DNA of 64,000 nt from an uncultured Thermoleophilia bacterium (GTDB lineage: Bacteria; Actinomycetota; Thermoleophilia; UBA2241), in contig CAVOVA010000020.1 in assembly GCA_963699725.1 (NCBI GenBank), positions 6,442 to 70,441 of the forward strand, given 5' to 3'. Shown piece by piece: positions 49,685 through 58,587 of the stretch (the first letter of the stretch is position 1; each line of letters starts with the position of its first letter). The notes beneath the pieces were generated by a model. The model made no database searches, was not told where the DNA came from, and saw only the letters and a program-made list of their open reading frames with translations. The position numbers were made by a program, and so were the translations under genes.

Positions 49685-52600
49685 GCTGGCTGACCAAGAT
49701 CTCCTTGCGCAACCGTTCCATCGTCGGCCTGGCCGTCCTCGCCGTCCTCCTGGTCGGGGCGTTCGCGATCCCGGCGCTCAAACAGGAGCTCATCCCCGAT
49801 CTCACCTTCCCCTACCTCACGGTGCTGACCGTCGACCAGGGCTCCTCGCCGGCCGACGTGGAGCGCGCCATCACGACGCCGCTCGAGCAGGCGATCAAGA
49901 CCTCGAGCGGCGTCAAGGAGTACGACTCGTTCTCGAACGACGGCCTGAGCATCATCACCGTCCAGTACGAGTTCGGCACGGACATGAACGCCAAGGAATC
50001 CGAAGTGCAGCAGGCGGTATCGGGCGTGCAGCCCATGCTGCCCGCCACCGCCCTGGCGCCGGAGATCGCGGTGCTCAACTTCGGCAGCATGCCGGTCGTG
50101 CAGCTGGCGGTGTCCTCGTCGCTGCCTTCGGAGCAGCTGGCGACGCTCCTCAGCACGCGCGTCGTGCCTCGCCTCCAGTCCATCGAGGGCGTGCAGGCGG
50201 TGACCCTCTCCGGCGTGCAGCAGACGCAGCTGAACATCCAGCTGAAGCCCGAGCAGGTCGCCGCGCTCGGCGTCACGCCCGAGCAGATCATGACCGCGAT
50301 CACGCAGGCGAACGTGACGACCGGCGCCGGCAGCGTCACCTCAGGCAGCATCGTCTACCCCATCACCGTGAGCGCCAAGGCGGAGACGGAGAAGGCGATC
50401 GCGGACGTCGTGCTGCCGACGCCTGACGCCGCGCAGGCGCCCATCCGCCTCGGCGACGTGGCCACGGTCAAGATCGCTCCGGCGCCGCTCACAGCGATCA
50501 CCCGTACCAACGGTGAGGCCTCGATCGGCATCTCCGTCAGCAAGGCCGCCAGCGGCAACACCGTCGACATCGCCGCCGCCGTGGCCGACGAACTCCCCGC
50601 CATCTCGCGGGACCTCGGCGGCGAGACGACGATCAACACGGTCGTCGACCAGTCGGTCTTCATCGAGGAGAGCATCTCGGCGCTCTGGCGAGAGGGCCTC
50701 CTCGGCGCGCTCTTCGCCGTGGTCGTCATCTGGGCCTTCCTGCGCAGCTGGCGCTCCACGGTCATCGCCGGGCTCTCGATCCCCCTCAGCGTGATCGGGG
50801 CGCTGATCATCCTGGGGTCCCGCGGCGAGTCCTTGAACATGCTCACGCTGGGCGGCCTCACCATCGCCATCGGCCGCGTCATCGACGACTCGATCGTCGT
50901 CATCGAGAACACGTACCGGCATCTGCAGGAGGGCGACAGCATCCGGCGCGCCGCCTACACGGGGACCCGCGAGGTGGCCGGGGCGATCACGGCGAGCACG
51001 CTGACCACCGTCGCCGTGTTCCTGCCGCTGGGCCTGGTGCACGGGCTCGCCTCGGAGTTCTTCCGGCCGTTCGCGCTCACGGTGACGTTCGCGCTGCTCT
51101 GCAGCCTGGCCGTCGCCCTGATCGTGGTCCCGGTCGCCTCCACCTGGCTGCTCTCGAAGCGCCAGGTCGGCCACCGCGATGAGAAGGAGCTGACACACCT
51201 GCAGAACGCCTACCTGCCGGCGCTCCGGCTCGCCCTGGACCACAAGGCGATCACGCTCGTCCTCGCAGCGGCGATCTTCGTCGGCACGATGATGCTGACC
51301 CCGCTGCTGAAGACCAACCTCTTCGACAGCTCCGAGCAGCCCACCATGACCATCACCCAGACCCTCGACCCCGGCACGAGCCTGGACGCGACCATGGCGG
51401 CTGCCGCCAAGGTCGAGGCCGTCCTCAAGGACACATCGGGCGTCGAGATCTACCAGGTCACCGCCGGCAGCACCGGCAGCCTCTTCGGCGCCGGCGGAGG
51501 CACCAACGCTTCGTCGAGCCAGGCCACCTTCTCGATCGCGACCGATCCCGACGCGGACAAGAACGCGATCATGGATCACGTCCGCGAGGGCGTGTCGGGG
51601 CTGACCGGCGCCGGCACCATCAGCGTGACCGGCGACGACTCCTCCTCGTCCATGGGCGGCATGTCGCTCATGGAAGTCCGCGTGTCGGCCAGCGACCCCG
51701 CCGTGCTCAAGGAGGCCAACGACATCGTGCTGGCCGAGGTGAAGACGGTCGAGGGGCTTGCCGACGTCACCTCGAACCTCAGCGAGGGCCGTCCGTCGGC
51801 GACGATCGTCGTCGACCAGGAGAAGGCGGCCGCTGCCGGAGTGACGCCGACGACGCTCAGCCAGTACACGACACTGGTGCTCAACGGCTACCCGATCGGT
51901 ACCGTGCCGACCACTGTCGGCACGCTGCCCGCCCAGCTCACGGTCGGCGAGATCGTCGTGCCGCCGCTGCCCGGGGCCGTCAGCCAGGTGCTCACCAAGC
52001 TCCCGGTGGCCGGCACCGGCGGCATGGTGCCGCTCGGCGACATCGCGAAGGTCGTCGAGGTGAAGGCGCCGGTCCAGGTGACCCACGTCGACGGCTCCCG
52101 TACGGCGAGCATCACGGCGACGGCGGTCAACAACAACATCGGCGCCGCCTCCACGGCCGTCAACGACGCCCTCGCCGACATGCAGCTGCCCGAGGGCGCC
52201 ACCTGGGAACTGGCCGGCGCCACGGAAATGACCAACGACGTGTTCCGCACCCTCGGCATCGCGATGCTGGTCGCCATCCTGCTCGTCTACATCATCATGG
52301 TGGCGACGTTCCGCAGCCTGCTCAACCCGCTGATCCTCCTGGTGAGCATCCCGTTCGCCGCCGTCGGCGCGATGCTGGCTCTCGTGATCACCGGCACCAG
52401 CCTCGGCATGCCGAGTCTCGTCGGTCTGCTCATGCTGATCGGCATCGTCGTCACCAACGCGATCGTGCTGCTCGACCTGGTGGAGCAGTTCCGCCGCAAG
52501 GGCATGGATGCGCGCACCGCCGTCATCGAAGGCGGCCGGCGGCGCCTGCGGCCGATCCTCATGACGGCCGTCGCGACGATCCTCGCGCTCACCCCGATGG

Positions 52601-52806
52601 CGCTCGGCATCGGCGGCAAGGGCGGCTTCCTGTCGACCCCGCTGGCGGTGGTCGTCATCGGAGGGCTCTTCACCTCGACGTTCCTCACGCTCATCCTCGT
52701 CCCCGTGCTCTACCTCGCGTTCGACCGCCTGCGTCCCGCGAGCGCCTACGCCCAGGACGATGAGGACTACCTGTCGCCGCTGCCGGCCCCGGCCCCGGCG
52801 GAGTGA
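49681..52806 (+). CDS. RND-family efflux transporter permease (AcrB/SwrC-like)
   Basis: 1041 aa, 12-TM RND topology with two large periplasmic loops. TTGA overlap with the regulator gene. No adjacent membrane-fusion or outer-membrane gene. Confidence 0.92.
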   Translation: MSWLTKISLRNRSIVGLAVLAVLLVGAFAIPALKQELIPDLTFPYLTVLTVDQGSSPADVERAITTPLEQAIKTSSGVKEYDSFSNDGLSIITVQYEFGTDMNAKESEVQQAVSGVQPMLPATALAPEIAVLNFGSMPVVQLAVSSSLPSEQLATLLSTRVVPRLQSIEGVQAVTLSGVQQTQLNIQLKPEQVAALGVTPEQIMTAITQANVTTGAGSVTSGSIVYPITVSAKAETEKAIADVVLPTPDAAQAPIRLGDVATVKIAPAPLTAITRTNGEASIGISVSKAASGNTVDIAAAVADELPAISRDLGGETTINTVVDQSVFIEESISALWREGLLGALFAVVVIWAFLRSWRSTVIAGLSIPLSVIGALIILGSRGESLNMLTLGGLTIAIGRVIDDSIVVIENTYRHLQEGDSIRRAAYTGTREVAGAITASTLTTVAVFLPLGLVHGLASEFFRPFALTVTFALLCSLAVALIVVPVASTWLLSKRQVGHRDEKELTHLQNAYLPALRLALDHKAITLVLAAAIFVGTMMLTPLLKTNLFDSSEQPTMTITQTLDPGTSLDATMAAAAKVEAVLKDTSGVEIYQVTAGSTGSLFGAGGGTNASSSQATFSIATDPDADKNAIMDHVREGVSGLTGAGTISVTGDDSSSSMGGMSLMEVRVSASDPAVLKEANDIVLAEVKTVEGLADVTSNLSEGRPSATIVVDQEKAAAAGVTPTTLSQYTTLVLNGYPIGTVPTTVGTLPAQLTVGEIVVPPLPGAVSQVLTKLPVAGTGGMVPLGDIAKVVEVKAPVQVTHVDGSRTASITATAVNNNIGAASTAVNDALADMQLPEGATWELAGATEMTNDVFRTLGIAMLVAILLVYIIMVATFRSLLNPLILLVSIPFAAVGAMLALVITGTSLGMPSLVGLLMLIGIVVTNAIVLLDLVEQFRRKGMDARTAVIEGGRRRLRPILMTAVATILALTPMALGIGGKGGFLSTPLAVVVIGGLFTSTFLTLILVPVLYLAFDRLRPASAYAQDDEDYLSPLPAPAPAE

Positions 52807-52927
52807 CGAAGGCGCCGCCCGCCGGGCCCTGACGCCCGGCGGGCGGCGCCGTTGCTCTGCGATACTGTCTTCCCATCGGCCGCGCGACGTGTCGCGGCCC
52901 GTCACTGGTACGACGAGAGGAGAAGCC

Positions 52928-53452
52928 GTGGCCAAACCATCCGCCAAGAAGCCTGCCGCCAAGAAGCCTGCCGCCAAGACCGCCGCGAAGAAGCCGCGCA
53001 CGGCGGCCGACATGGAGCGCTCCGTCCCTCGCGAGCTGACCCGCGCCCAGCTCATCGACGAGCTCAACAAAGACCTGGCCAAAGAGTTCCAGGCGCTGGT
53101 GCAGTACGTCCAGCACGCGGCTGCCATGACGGGTCCACAGTACGACGCCATCAAGGCCGAGCTCGTCGTACACTCGAACGAGGAGCACGGGCACGCCATT
53201 TCCCTTGCCGACCAGATCGACTTTCTCGGCGGTGTGCCGGGCGTCGACGTCGCGCAGGCGCTCATCTCACCGGATTCGAAGGTGATGCTCGAGCAGGACC
53301 TCGACGGGGAGCTGGACGCGATCGCCCGCTACCGCGAACGCATAGCCCAGGCCGAGGCGCTGCAGGAGTACGGTCTCCGTCGCGCTCTCGAAGACATCCT
53401 GATCGTCGAGGAGGAGCACGCCCGCGACCTGCAGGACGCACTGTCGCTCTAG
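52928..53452 (+). CDS. Ferritin-like (bacterioferritin-type di-iron) protein with an N-terminal Lys/Ala/Pro histone-like tail
   Basis: GTG at 52928 preceded by GAGAGGAGAAG. Tail AKPSAKKPAAKKPAAKTAAKKP. Candidate ferroxidase ligands E...EEHGH...E...EEEH. Confidence 0.75.
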   Translation: MAKPSAKKPAAKKPAAKTAAKKPRTAADMERSVPRELTRAQLIDELNKDLAKEFQALVQYVQHAAAMTGPQYDAIKAELVVHSNEEHGHAISLADQIDFLGGVPGVDVAQALISPDSKVMLEQDLDGELDAIARYRERIAQAEALQEYGLRRALEDILIVEEEHARDLQDALSL

Positions 53453-53464
53453 GACCGGCGGGCA

Positions 53465-53497
53465 GGCCCGGGCGCCGGCTAGGCCGGCGCCCGGGCC
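53465..53497. terminator. Perfect 15-bp stem / 3-nt loop inverted repeat between convergent genes (possible bidirectional terminator)
   Basis: GGCCCGGGCGCCGGC-tag-GCCGGCGCCCGGGCC. The loop and adjoining arm base contain the MFS stop codon. Confidence 0.55.
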
Positions 53498-54735
53498 GCC
53501 GTCATCTCAGTCCTCCGCCGTCTCCACCCGGGCGCGAGCGTGAGGAACAGCACGGCGCCGGCCAGCCCGATGACGAGCAGCGCCACGAAGGCCTGGCGGC
53601 CACCGAACGTGTCCATCGCCCAGCCGCCGAACGCCGGCCCCAGAGCCGCGCCGCCGTTCCACACCACCGTCCACACGCCCATGTAGCGGCCGCGAACGGC
53701 CTCCGGAGCGAGATCCGCGACCTCCGCCGCCGCCACCGGAGAAAGCAGCATCTCCCCCACGCTCAGCACGGTGATGAGGATGACCAGCGACCAGAGCGGA
53801 CCGGCGAACGCCGATCCGCCGAGTCCCAGGGCGAGCAGGGCGCTCGCGGCCGCGAGCAGCACCATGCGGTTGCGAAAGCGGAGGGCGCTCACGAGAGGGT
53901 ACTGGACGACCGCGACGATCCCGGCGTTGAGCGCCAGCAGGTACCCCCACTCACTGTTCGAGACGCCGAGGAAGGTGGTGATGTAAACCGCGTAGATGGA
54001 ACCGAAGTTGCCGAAGCAGAAGACCGGAAGCACGGCGACCAGGCAGAAGATGATGAAGACCCTGTCGTGGAAGACACGCCAGTAGCCGCTGCGGCCCTTC
54101 GCGTCGACGTGCTTGACCCGCAGCATCGCGCTGGCAGGCCTGCTCTCGCGGATCCAGACGGCCATGAGCACGACCATGAGCACGCATCCCGCGGCGGCGG
54201 CCAGGAACAACTCCCTGAAGGTCGCTCCCCAGCCCAGGGCCAGGCCGGCCAGCGCCGGTCCGACGACGACACCCAGATTCATGGCGACGCGGGTGACGCC
54301 GAATCCCTGCTGACGGCGATCGGGAGGCAGGAGGTCGGCGACCATCGCGTTGCTGGCGGTCTGGAACAACGGCCAGCCCAGAGCGCTCTCCAGGGCGACG
54401 AGCGCCGCGACCTGCCAGACCTCCGTAACGTAGGCGAAGCCCACGAACCACACGACGCCGACGAGCACGGAGAGCATGATCACCACCCGCCGCCCGATCC
54501 GGTCGGTGAGCTGGCCGCCCCAGAACTGCAGCGGCATGACGGCGAGCGGTACCAGCCCGAAGACCACGCCGATCATGGTCATCGAGGTCCCCAGATAGCG
54601 GCGCAGGTAGATCGCTTCGAACGGGAAGGCGAGCGCAGCCGCCCCCACGTAGATGAAGATGCCGAGCGTGAGCACCCAGAACTGGTCGGGCATTCCCCTC
54701 AGGTCTCGCACGGACTGTGTCAGACGGCCGGCCAC
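53479..54735 (-). CDS. MFS transporter
   Basis: 418 aa, ~12 hydrophobic segments, loop motif GGQLTDRIGRR between TM2 and TM3. Confidence 0.9.
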   Translation of the reverse strand: MAGRLTQSVRDLRGMPDQFWVLTLGIFIYVGAAALAFPFEAIYLRRYLGTSMTMIGVVFGLVPLAVMPLQFWGGQLTDRIGRRVVIMLSVLVGVVWFVGFAYVTEVWQVAALVALESALGWPLFQTASNAMVADLLPPDRRQQGFGVTRVAMNLGVVVGPALAGLALGWGATFRELFLAAAAGCVLMVVLMAVWIRESRPASAMLRVKHVDAKGRSGYWRVFHDRVFIIFCLVAVLPVFCFGNFGSIYAVYITTFLGVSNSEWGYLLALNAGIVAVVQYPLVSALRFRNRMVLLAAASALLALGLGGSAFAGPLWSLVILITVLSVGEMLLSPVAAAEVADLAPEAVRGRYMGVWTVVWNGGAALGPAFGGWAMDTFGGRQAFVALLVIGLAGAVLFLTLAPGWRRRRTEMTAARAPA

Positions 54736-54806
54736 GGCCTCATGCTATCTGAGCGGCGGCGAGGGGCGCTCGCGCCCTGCGGGGCTCCCGCACGCCTCCC
54801 GGAGTC

Positions 54807-55994
54807 TCAGGCAGTGGGCAGGTCCACGCAGCCGACCGACAAGCCGACGCGGCCCATCTCGACCATGAACGCCGCGGGGTCGAGTTGCTCCGGTGCAACC
54901 ACGCCGCGCAGCGCGATCTCGCCGCGTGCGAACTGCCTGACGGCGCACGCCGCCGACGCTCCCGTCTGCCAGGCCGTCCCCTGGACCCCTCTGTCCGTCC
55001 ACGCCTCGTCGTGCGACGTGACCTGGTACAGGAAGCGGCGGACCGGACGACCGGCGATGGTCCCCTCGGCGAGGGTGCCGACACAGACCTCTCCGTGGAT
55101 CTTCCCACCCAGGTCGACGGGCCGCGGGAAGCGCGACGCGACGAACCGGATGGGCGAGAACGTCGCGCCCTCGAACTCCACGGGGTCGCGACGGTTCAGC
55201 CCAAGCGCCTTGAACGCGCGCAGGGTGTCGACGAAACGGGGGTCCAGTGCGATGAAGAAGGTCGCGTCGCGCAACCCTTTGCCGGCGAGGAACATCGGCA
55301 TGAGCTGCGATTCCTCGTGGTCGACGTTGCACAGCGTGAGTTCGCCGACCGGCTCCGGGAAGGCGAAGTCCAGGAACACCGAGAGCGCCTCGTTGCGGTC
55401 CTCCCGCCCATCCCGGAAGACGGTGGGCGGGAGCAGGCACTCCTCGATCATGGTCTCGACCGAGAACGAGCAGGCGAGCTCGTAGCCCTCGACGGTGGCG
55501 TTGTCACCGTCGAGCACCAGCAGCTTCTCCAGCGTGTCGAACTGGTCGTAGAGCGCCCGGGCGAACACGTCGCTCACGCCCGGGTCGATGCCGAACGAGA
55601 TGAGCGCCGCGCGGTCGCGCTTCGCGAACTCGTCGTGCAGCGCGAACTGCTCGTCCAGGTCGGCCGTTCCGGTGATCTCACGCGGCCCGCCGGTGCCCAT
55701 GTCGAGGTAGTGCCGGCGGGCGTCCAGGCAAGCCTCCATGACCGGGACGTCCCAGGCGGTCGCCAGCGCGTTGAGCACGAGGTCGGCCTCGCCCGCGGCG
55801 GCGACCAGCGCATCGTGGTCACCGGCGTCGACGACACGCGTCTCGGCCTTGCCGGCAGGGAGCTTGCCCGCCACCTCGCGGAGGCGGCGCTCGTCGACGT
55901 CGGCCAGGATGACCTTCTCGACCGCCGGCTCTGCGGCGGCCACCCGCGCCGTCACTTCCCCCACCGCCCCGACGCCCAGCTGCAGCATGCGCAT
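54807..55994 (-). CDS. Saccharopine dehydrogenase-family NAD(P)-binding protein
   Basis: ATG at 55994 preceded by GGAAGGAGGG. MRMLQLGVGAVGEV Rossmann N-terminus. Family-level call only. Confidence 0.75.
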   Translation of the reverse strand: MRMLQLGVGAVGEVTARVAAAEPAVEKVILADVDERRLREVAGKLPAGKAETRVVDAGDHDALVAAAGEADLVLNALATAWDVPVMEACLDARRHYLDMGTGGPREITGTADLDEQFALHDEFAKRDRAALISFGIDPGVSDVFARALYDQFDTLEKLLVLDGDNATVEGYELACSFSVETMIEECLLPPTVFRDGREDRNEALSVFLDFAFPEPVGELTLCNVDHEESQLMPMFLAGKGLRDATFFIALDPRFVDTLRAFKALGLNRRDPVEFEGATFSPIRFVASRFPRPVDLGGKIHGEVCVGTLAEGTIAGRPVRRFLYQVTSHDEAWTDRGVQGTAWQTGASAACAVRQFARGEIALRGVVAPEQLDPAAFMVEMGRVGLSVGCVDLPTA

Positions 55995-56150
55995 GGAGAG
56001 CCCTCCTTCCGGAAGCGCGCCGCGGGTCCCTCCGCAGCTCGCGTACCATCGTCCACTAAACCAGTGCAAGCTTGGCAGCATAACCTCGGCTTTTCCAGCG
56101 AACATTTCCCATCGAACTTGTCCGGCACACGAAGCCAAACTTACTCGTTG

Positions 56151-56179
56151 TTGACTTGCCCTCGAGCAGCCGCTAGGTT
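56151..56179 (+). promoter_or_regulatory. Candidate promoter TTGACT - 17 nt - TAGGTT giving a leaderless mRNA for HTH-GAF paralogue 1
   Basis: The -10 ends 6 nt before the ATG at 56186, and there is no Shine-Dalgarno sequence. Confidence 0.5.
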
Positions 56180-56185
56180 CTGGCC

Positions 56186-57262
56186 ATGCTCCTGAGCGTG
56201 CAACAGGCGGCGCGCCGGCTGGGCGTCTCGCCGGTCACCATCCGCCGCTGGACGGCCACCGGCTTCCTGCCGTGCGCACGTACGGCCGGCGGCCATCGAC
56301 GCATCGACGAGCACGACATCGACGACCTCGCCAAGGCGATCGGGGGCAGCAACCACCTCGCCGCCCAGGCGGCCCGCGAGCGCGAGGTCGATGTGCTCAT
56401 CAACACCTCCGTGGCGCTGGCGGTGAAGCTCGACCTCACCGAGTTGCTGCTCGAGATCGCGATGCGCATGACGAGCCTGCTCGACTGCCATTTCTGCGCC
56501 ATCTCCGACTACGACCCGTCGACGGACGCGACGCATACGCTGGCCGAGTACGACCACGCGGGGCAGCGCCTCCCCGACGCCAGCCCCTACCGCCTGCGCG
56601 ACTTCCCGCTCACGAAGAGGGTGCTCACCGAGCAGACGGCCGCCGTGGTCAATGTCGACGACCCGCAGGCCGATCCCGCCGAGGTCGCGGAGCTGCGGCG
56701 GGAGGGCGACCGCAGCCTCCTCATGGTGCCGCTGCTCGTGCAGGGTCGCAGCATCGGCCTCCTCGAGGTCGTCGACCAGAAGCGGTCGCGACAGTTCTCG
56801 CGTCAGCAGTTGCGCCTCGCTGGGGCGATCGCCGGTCAGGCGGCGGTCGCGATCCAGAACGCCAAGCTCTTCGCCGAGCGCAGGCGCAGCGAAGAGGACG
56901 TCGTCAACCTGCGGGAAGCGCTCTCGCGTCTCACCACGTACGTGCCGGAGCTTCGCGAGGGAGCGCGCAAAGCGGACGTGCTCGCGACGGTCTCCCGGGC
57001 GGTGTGCGAGGCCCTCGGAGCGATTTCCTGCGTAGCCAGCATGGGCGGCGAGAGCGCCGGCGCGTTCGGCGCCGGCCAGATCGCCGCTCGCCAGGCCGCC
57101 GGCGACGAACGCGGCACCAACGCCAACCTCGTCGTCGCGCGCGACCCCTCGGGGAGCACCGACCTCACCCTCGCCGTCACGCTCCCGCGCCCGCCGAGCG
57201 AGGGCCAGATCGAGCTGCTCGACTTCATCGCCGCCGCCACAGCGGCGCTCGCCGGCCGCTGA
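56186..57262 (+). CDS. Excisionase/BldC-type MerR-like HTH fused to a GAF domain, paralogue 1 (358 aa)
   Basis: LSVQQAARRLGVSPVTIRRWTATGFLPCARTAGGHRRI (HTH_17-like, with the hallmark GGHRR). A GAF-like region follows (...LLMVPLLVQGRSIGLLEVVD...). Confidence 0.8.
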   Translation: MLLSVQQAARRLGVSPVTIRRWTATGFLPCARTAGGHRRIDEHDIDDLAKAIGGSNHLAAQAAREREVDVLINTSVALAVKLDLTELLLEIAMRMTSLLDCHFCAISDYDPSTDATHTLAEYDHAGQRLPDASPYRLRDFPLTKRVLTEQTAAVVNVDDPQADPAEVAELRREGDRSLLMVPLLVQGRSIGLLEVVDQKRSRQFSRQQLRLAGAIAGQAAVAIQNAKLFAERRRSEEDVVNLREALSRLTTYVPELREGARKADVLATVSRAVCEALGAISCVASMGGESAGAFGAGQIAARQAAGDERGTNANLVVARDPSGSTDLTLAVTLPRPPSEGQIELLDFIAAATAALAGR

Positions 57263-57425
57263 GCGCGGCCGCACAGTCCTCCACCCGGCTCTGGTCAGGC
57301 GGCGACAAAACCCTCATTGCCGGCAACCGTCGCTCTACCGTAGAAGGGTGCCATTTACTGGGACTTCGTCCTCGCTGCCTGCTTCGAGAACTTCGCACAG
57401 CCGATCTTGCCGAAGTTCGCACAAG

Positions 57426-57454
57426 TTGACGCTGATGCGCACGGCCGCTACGGT
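57426..57454 (+). promoter_or_regulatory. Candidate promoter TTGACG - 17 nt - TACGGT giving a leaderless mRNA for HTH-GAF paralogue 2
   Basis: Same geometry as the paralogue-1 promoter. The -10 ends 6 nt before the ATG at 57461. Confidence 0.5.
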
Positions 57455-57460
57455 TTGTGC

Positions 57461-58537
57461 ATGTATCTCAGCGTGCAGTACGCGGCGCGGCGCCTCGGCG
57501 TCTCGCCGCACACGATCCGCCGCTGGACCGCCTCCGGGTTCCTGCCCTGCACGCGCACGGCGGGGGGACACCGCCGCATCAAGCAGGAGGACATCGACGA
57601 GCTCACTCATCTGATCGGCGGTCGCAACCACCTGGCCGCGCGGCTCGCGCGGGAGCGCGAGCTGGAGACGCTCGTCGCCACGGCCGTCGCCGTCTCCAGC
57701 CAGCTCGACGTCACCGCGCTGCTGCGCGAGATCGCCGAGCAGATGACGACGCTCCTCGGCGCACACCTCTGCGTGATCTCGGACTACGACTCGGCGACGC
57801 GCACGGTCTCGGTCCAGGCGGAGTACGACGACCTCGGCAATCGCCGCAAGGACACCATGAGATACACGCTGAGCCAGTTCCCCATGGCCCGCCGGGCGAT
57901 CGAGGACCACGAGAGCATCACCGTGAACGTCAGCGACCCGCACGCCGACCCCGCCGAGGTGGCGATCATGCGCCGCGACGGCGACAAGTGCCTGCTCATC
58001 CTGCCGATGGTGCACCAGGGGCAGAGCATCGGCCTCATCGAGGTGCTCGACCACCAGCGCGAGCGCAAGTTCAGCCGCCAGGAGATGCGGCTCGCCAACG
58101 CCGTAGCGGCGCAGGCGGCCGTGGCGCTCCACAACGCGACCGTCTTCGCTCAGCTCAAGCGCAGCGACCAGGACGCGCTCACGCTGCGCCACGCGATCGA
58201 GACGATCTCGACCGGCTACGAGACGCTGCATCGTCAGACCGGCACGGCCGCAGTCCTGCAGGCGGCGGCGGACGTCTCGGCTCGTGCGCTCGGCGCGATC
58301 TCGTGCGTGGCGAGCTACCGCGGCGAGAGCGCAGGCGCCTCGGGCCTGATGCCGGGCGACCAGCTGGCGGCCCAGACGGGTGCGGCGCACGTCATCGTCT
58401 CTTCGGCGCCCTGCGGCGGTGACGAGGTCACGCTGACGTTGACGTTGGGCGGCGAGGCCGGCGACGGCCAAGCCGAGCTCCTCGGCCTCGTGGCTACGAT
58501 GGCGGCCGGCGCCCTCGGGAGCTCCCTCCCCGACTGA
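57461..58537 (+). CDS. Excisionase/BldC-type MerR-like HTH fused to a GAF domain, paralogue 2 (358 aa)
   Basis: MYLSVQYAARRLGVSPHTIRRWTASGFLPCTRTAGGHRRI. Collinear with paralogue 1 over its full length and of identical length. Confidence 0.8.
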   Translation: MYLSVQYAARRLGVSPHTIRRWTASGFLPCTRTAGGHRRIKQEDIDELTHLIGGRNHLAARLARERELETLVATAVAVSSQLDVTALLREIAEQMTTLLGAHLCVISDYDSATRTVSVQAEYDDLGNRRKDTMRYTLSQFPMARRAIEDHESITVNVSDPHADPAEVAIMRRDGDKCLLILPMVHQGQSIGLIEVLDHQRERKFSRQEMRLANAVAAQAAVALHNATVFAQLKRSDQDALTLRHAIETISTGYETLHRQTGTAAVLQAAADVSARALGAISCVASYRGESAGASGLMPGDQLAAQTGAAHVIVSSAPCGGDEVTLTLTLGGEAGDGQAELLGLVATMAAGALGSSLPD

Positions 58538-58587
58538 CCCCGCACGGCTGCGCGAGCGCGCCGCCCTGCCTCTGCTATTCTCGGCGC

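Noticed and set aside
50341-53265. 974-aa minus-strand ORF (and likewise 58315..61413, 1032 aa; 52852..55485, 877 aa; 6596..8860; 10080..11918; 4699..6702)
   Set aside because: Each lies opposite or out of frame to a motif-bearing gene (RND pump, dinG, MFS and so on) and is Arg/Gly/Asp/His-rich with no recognisable domain.
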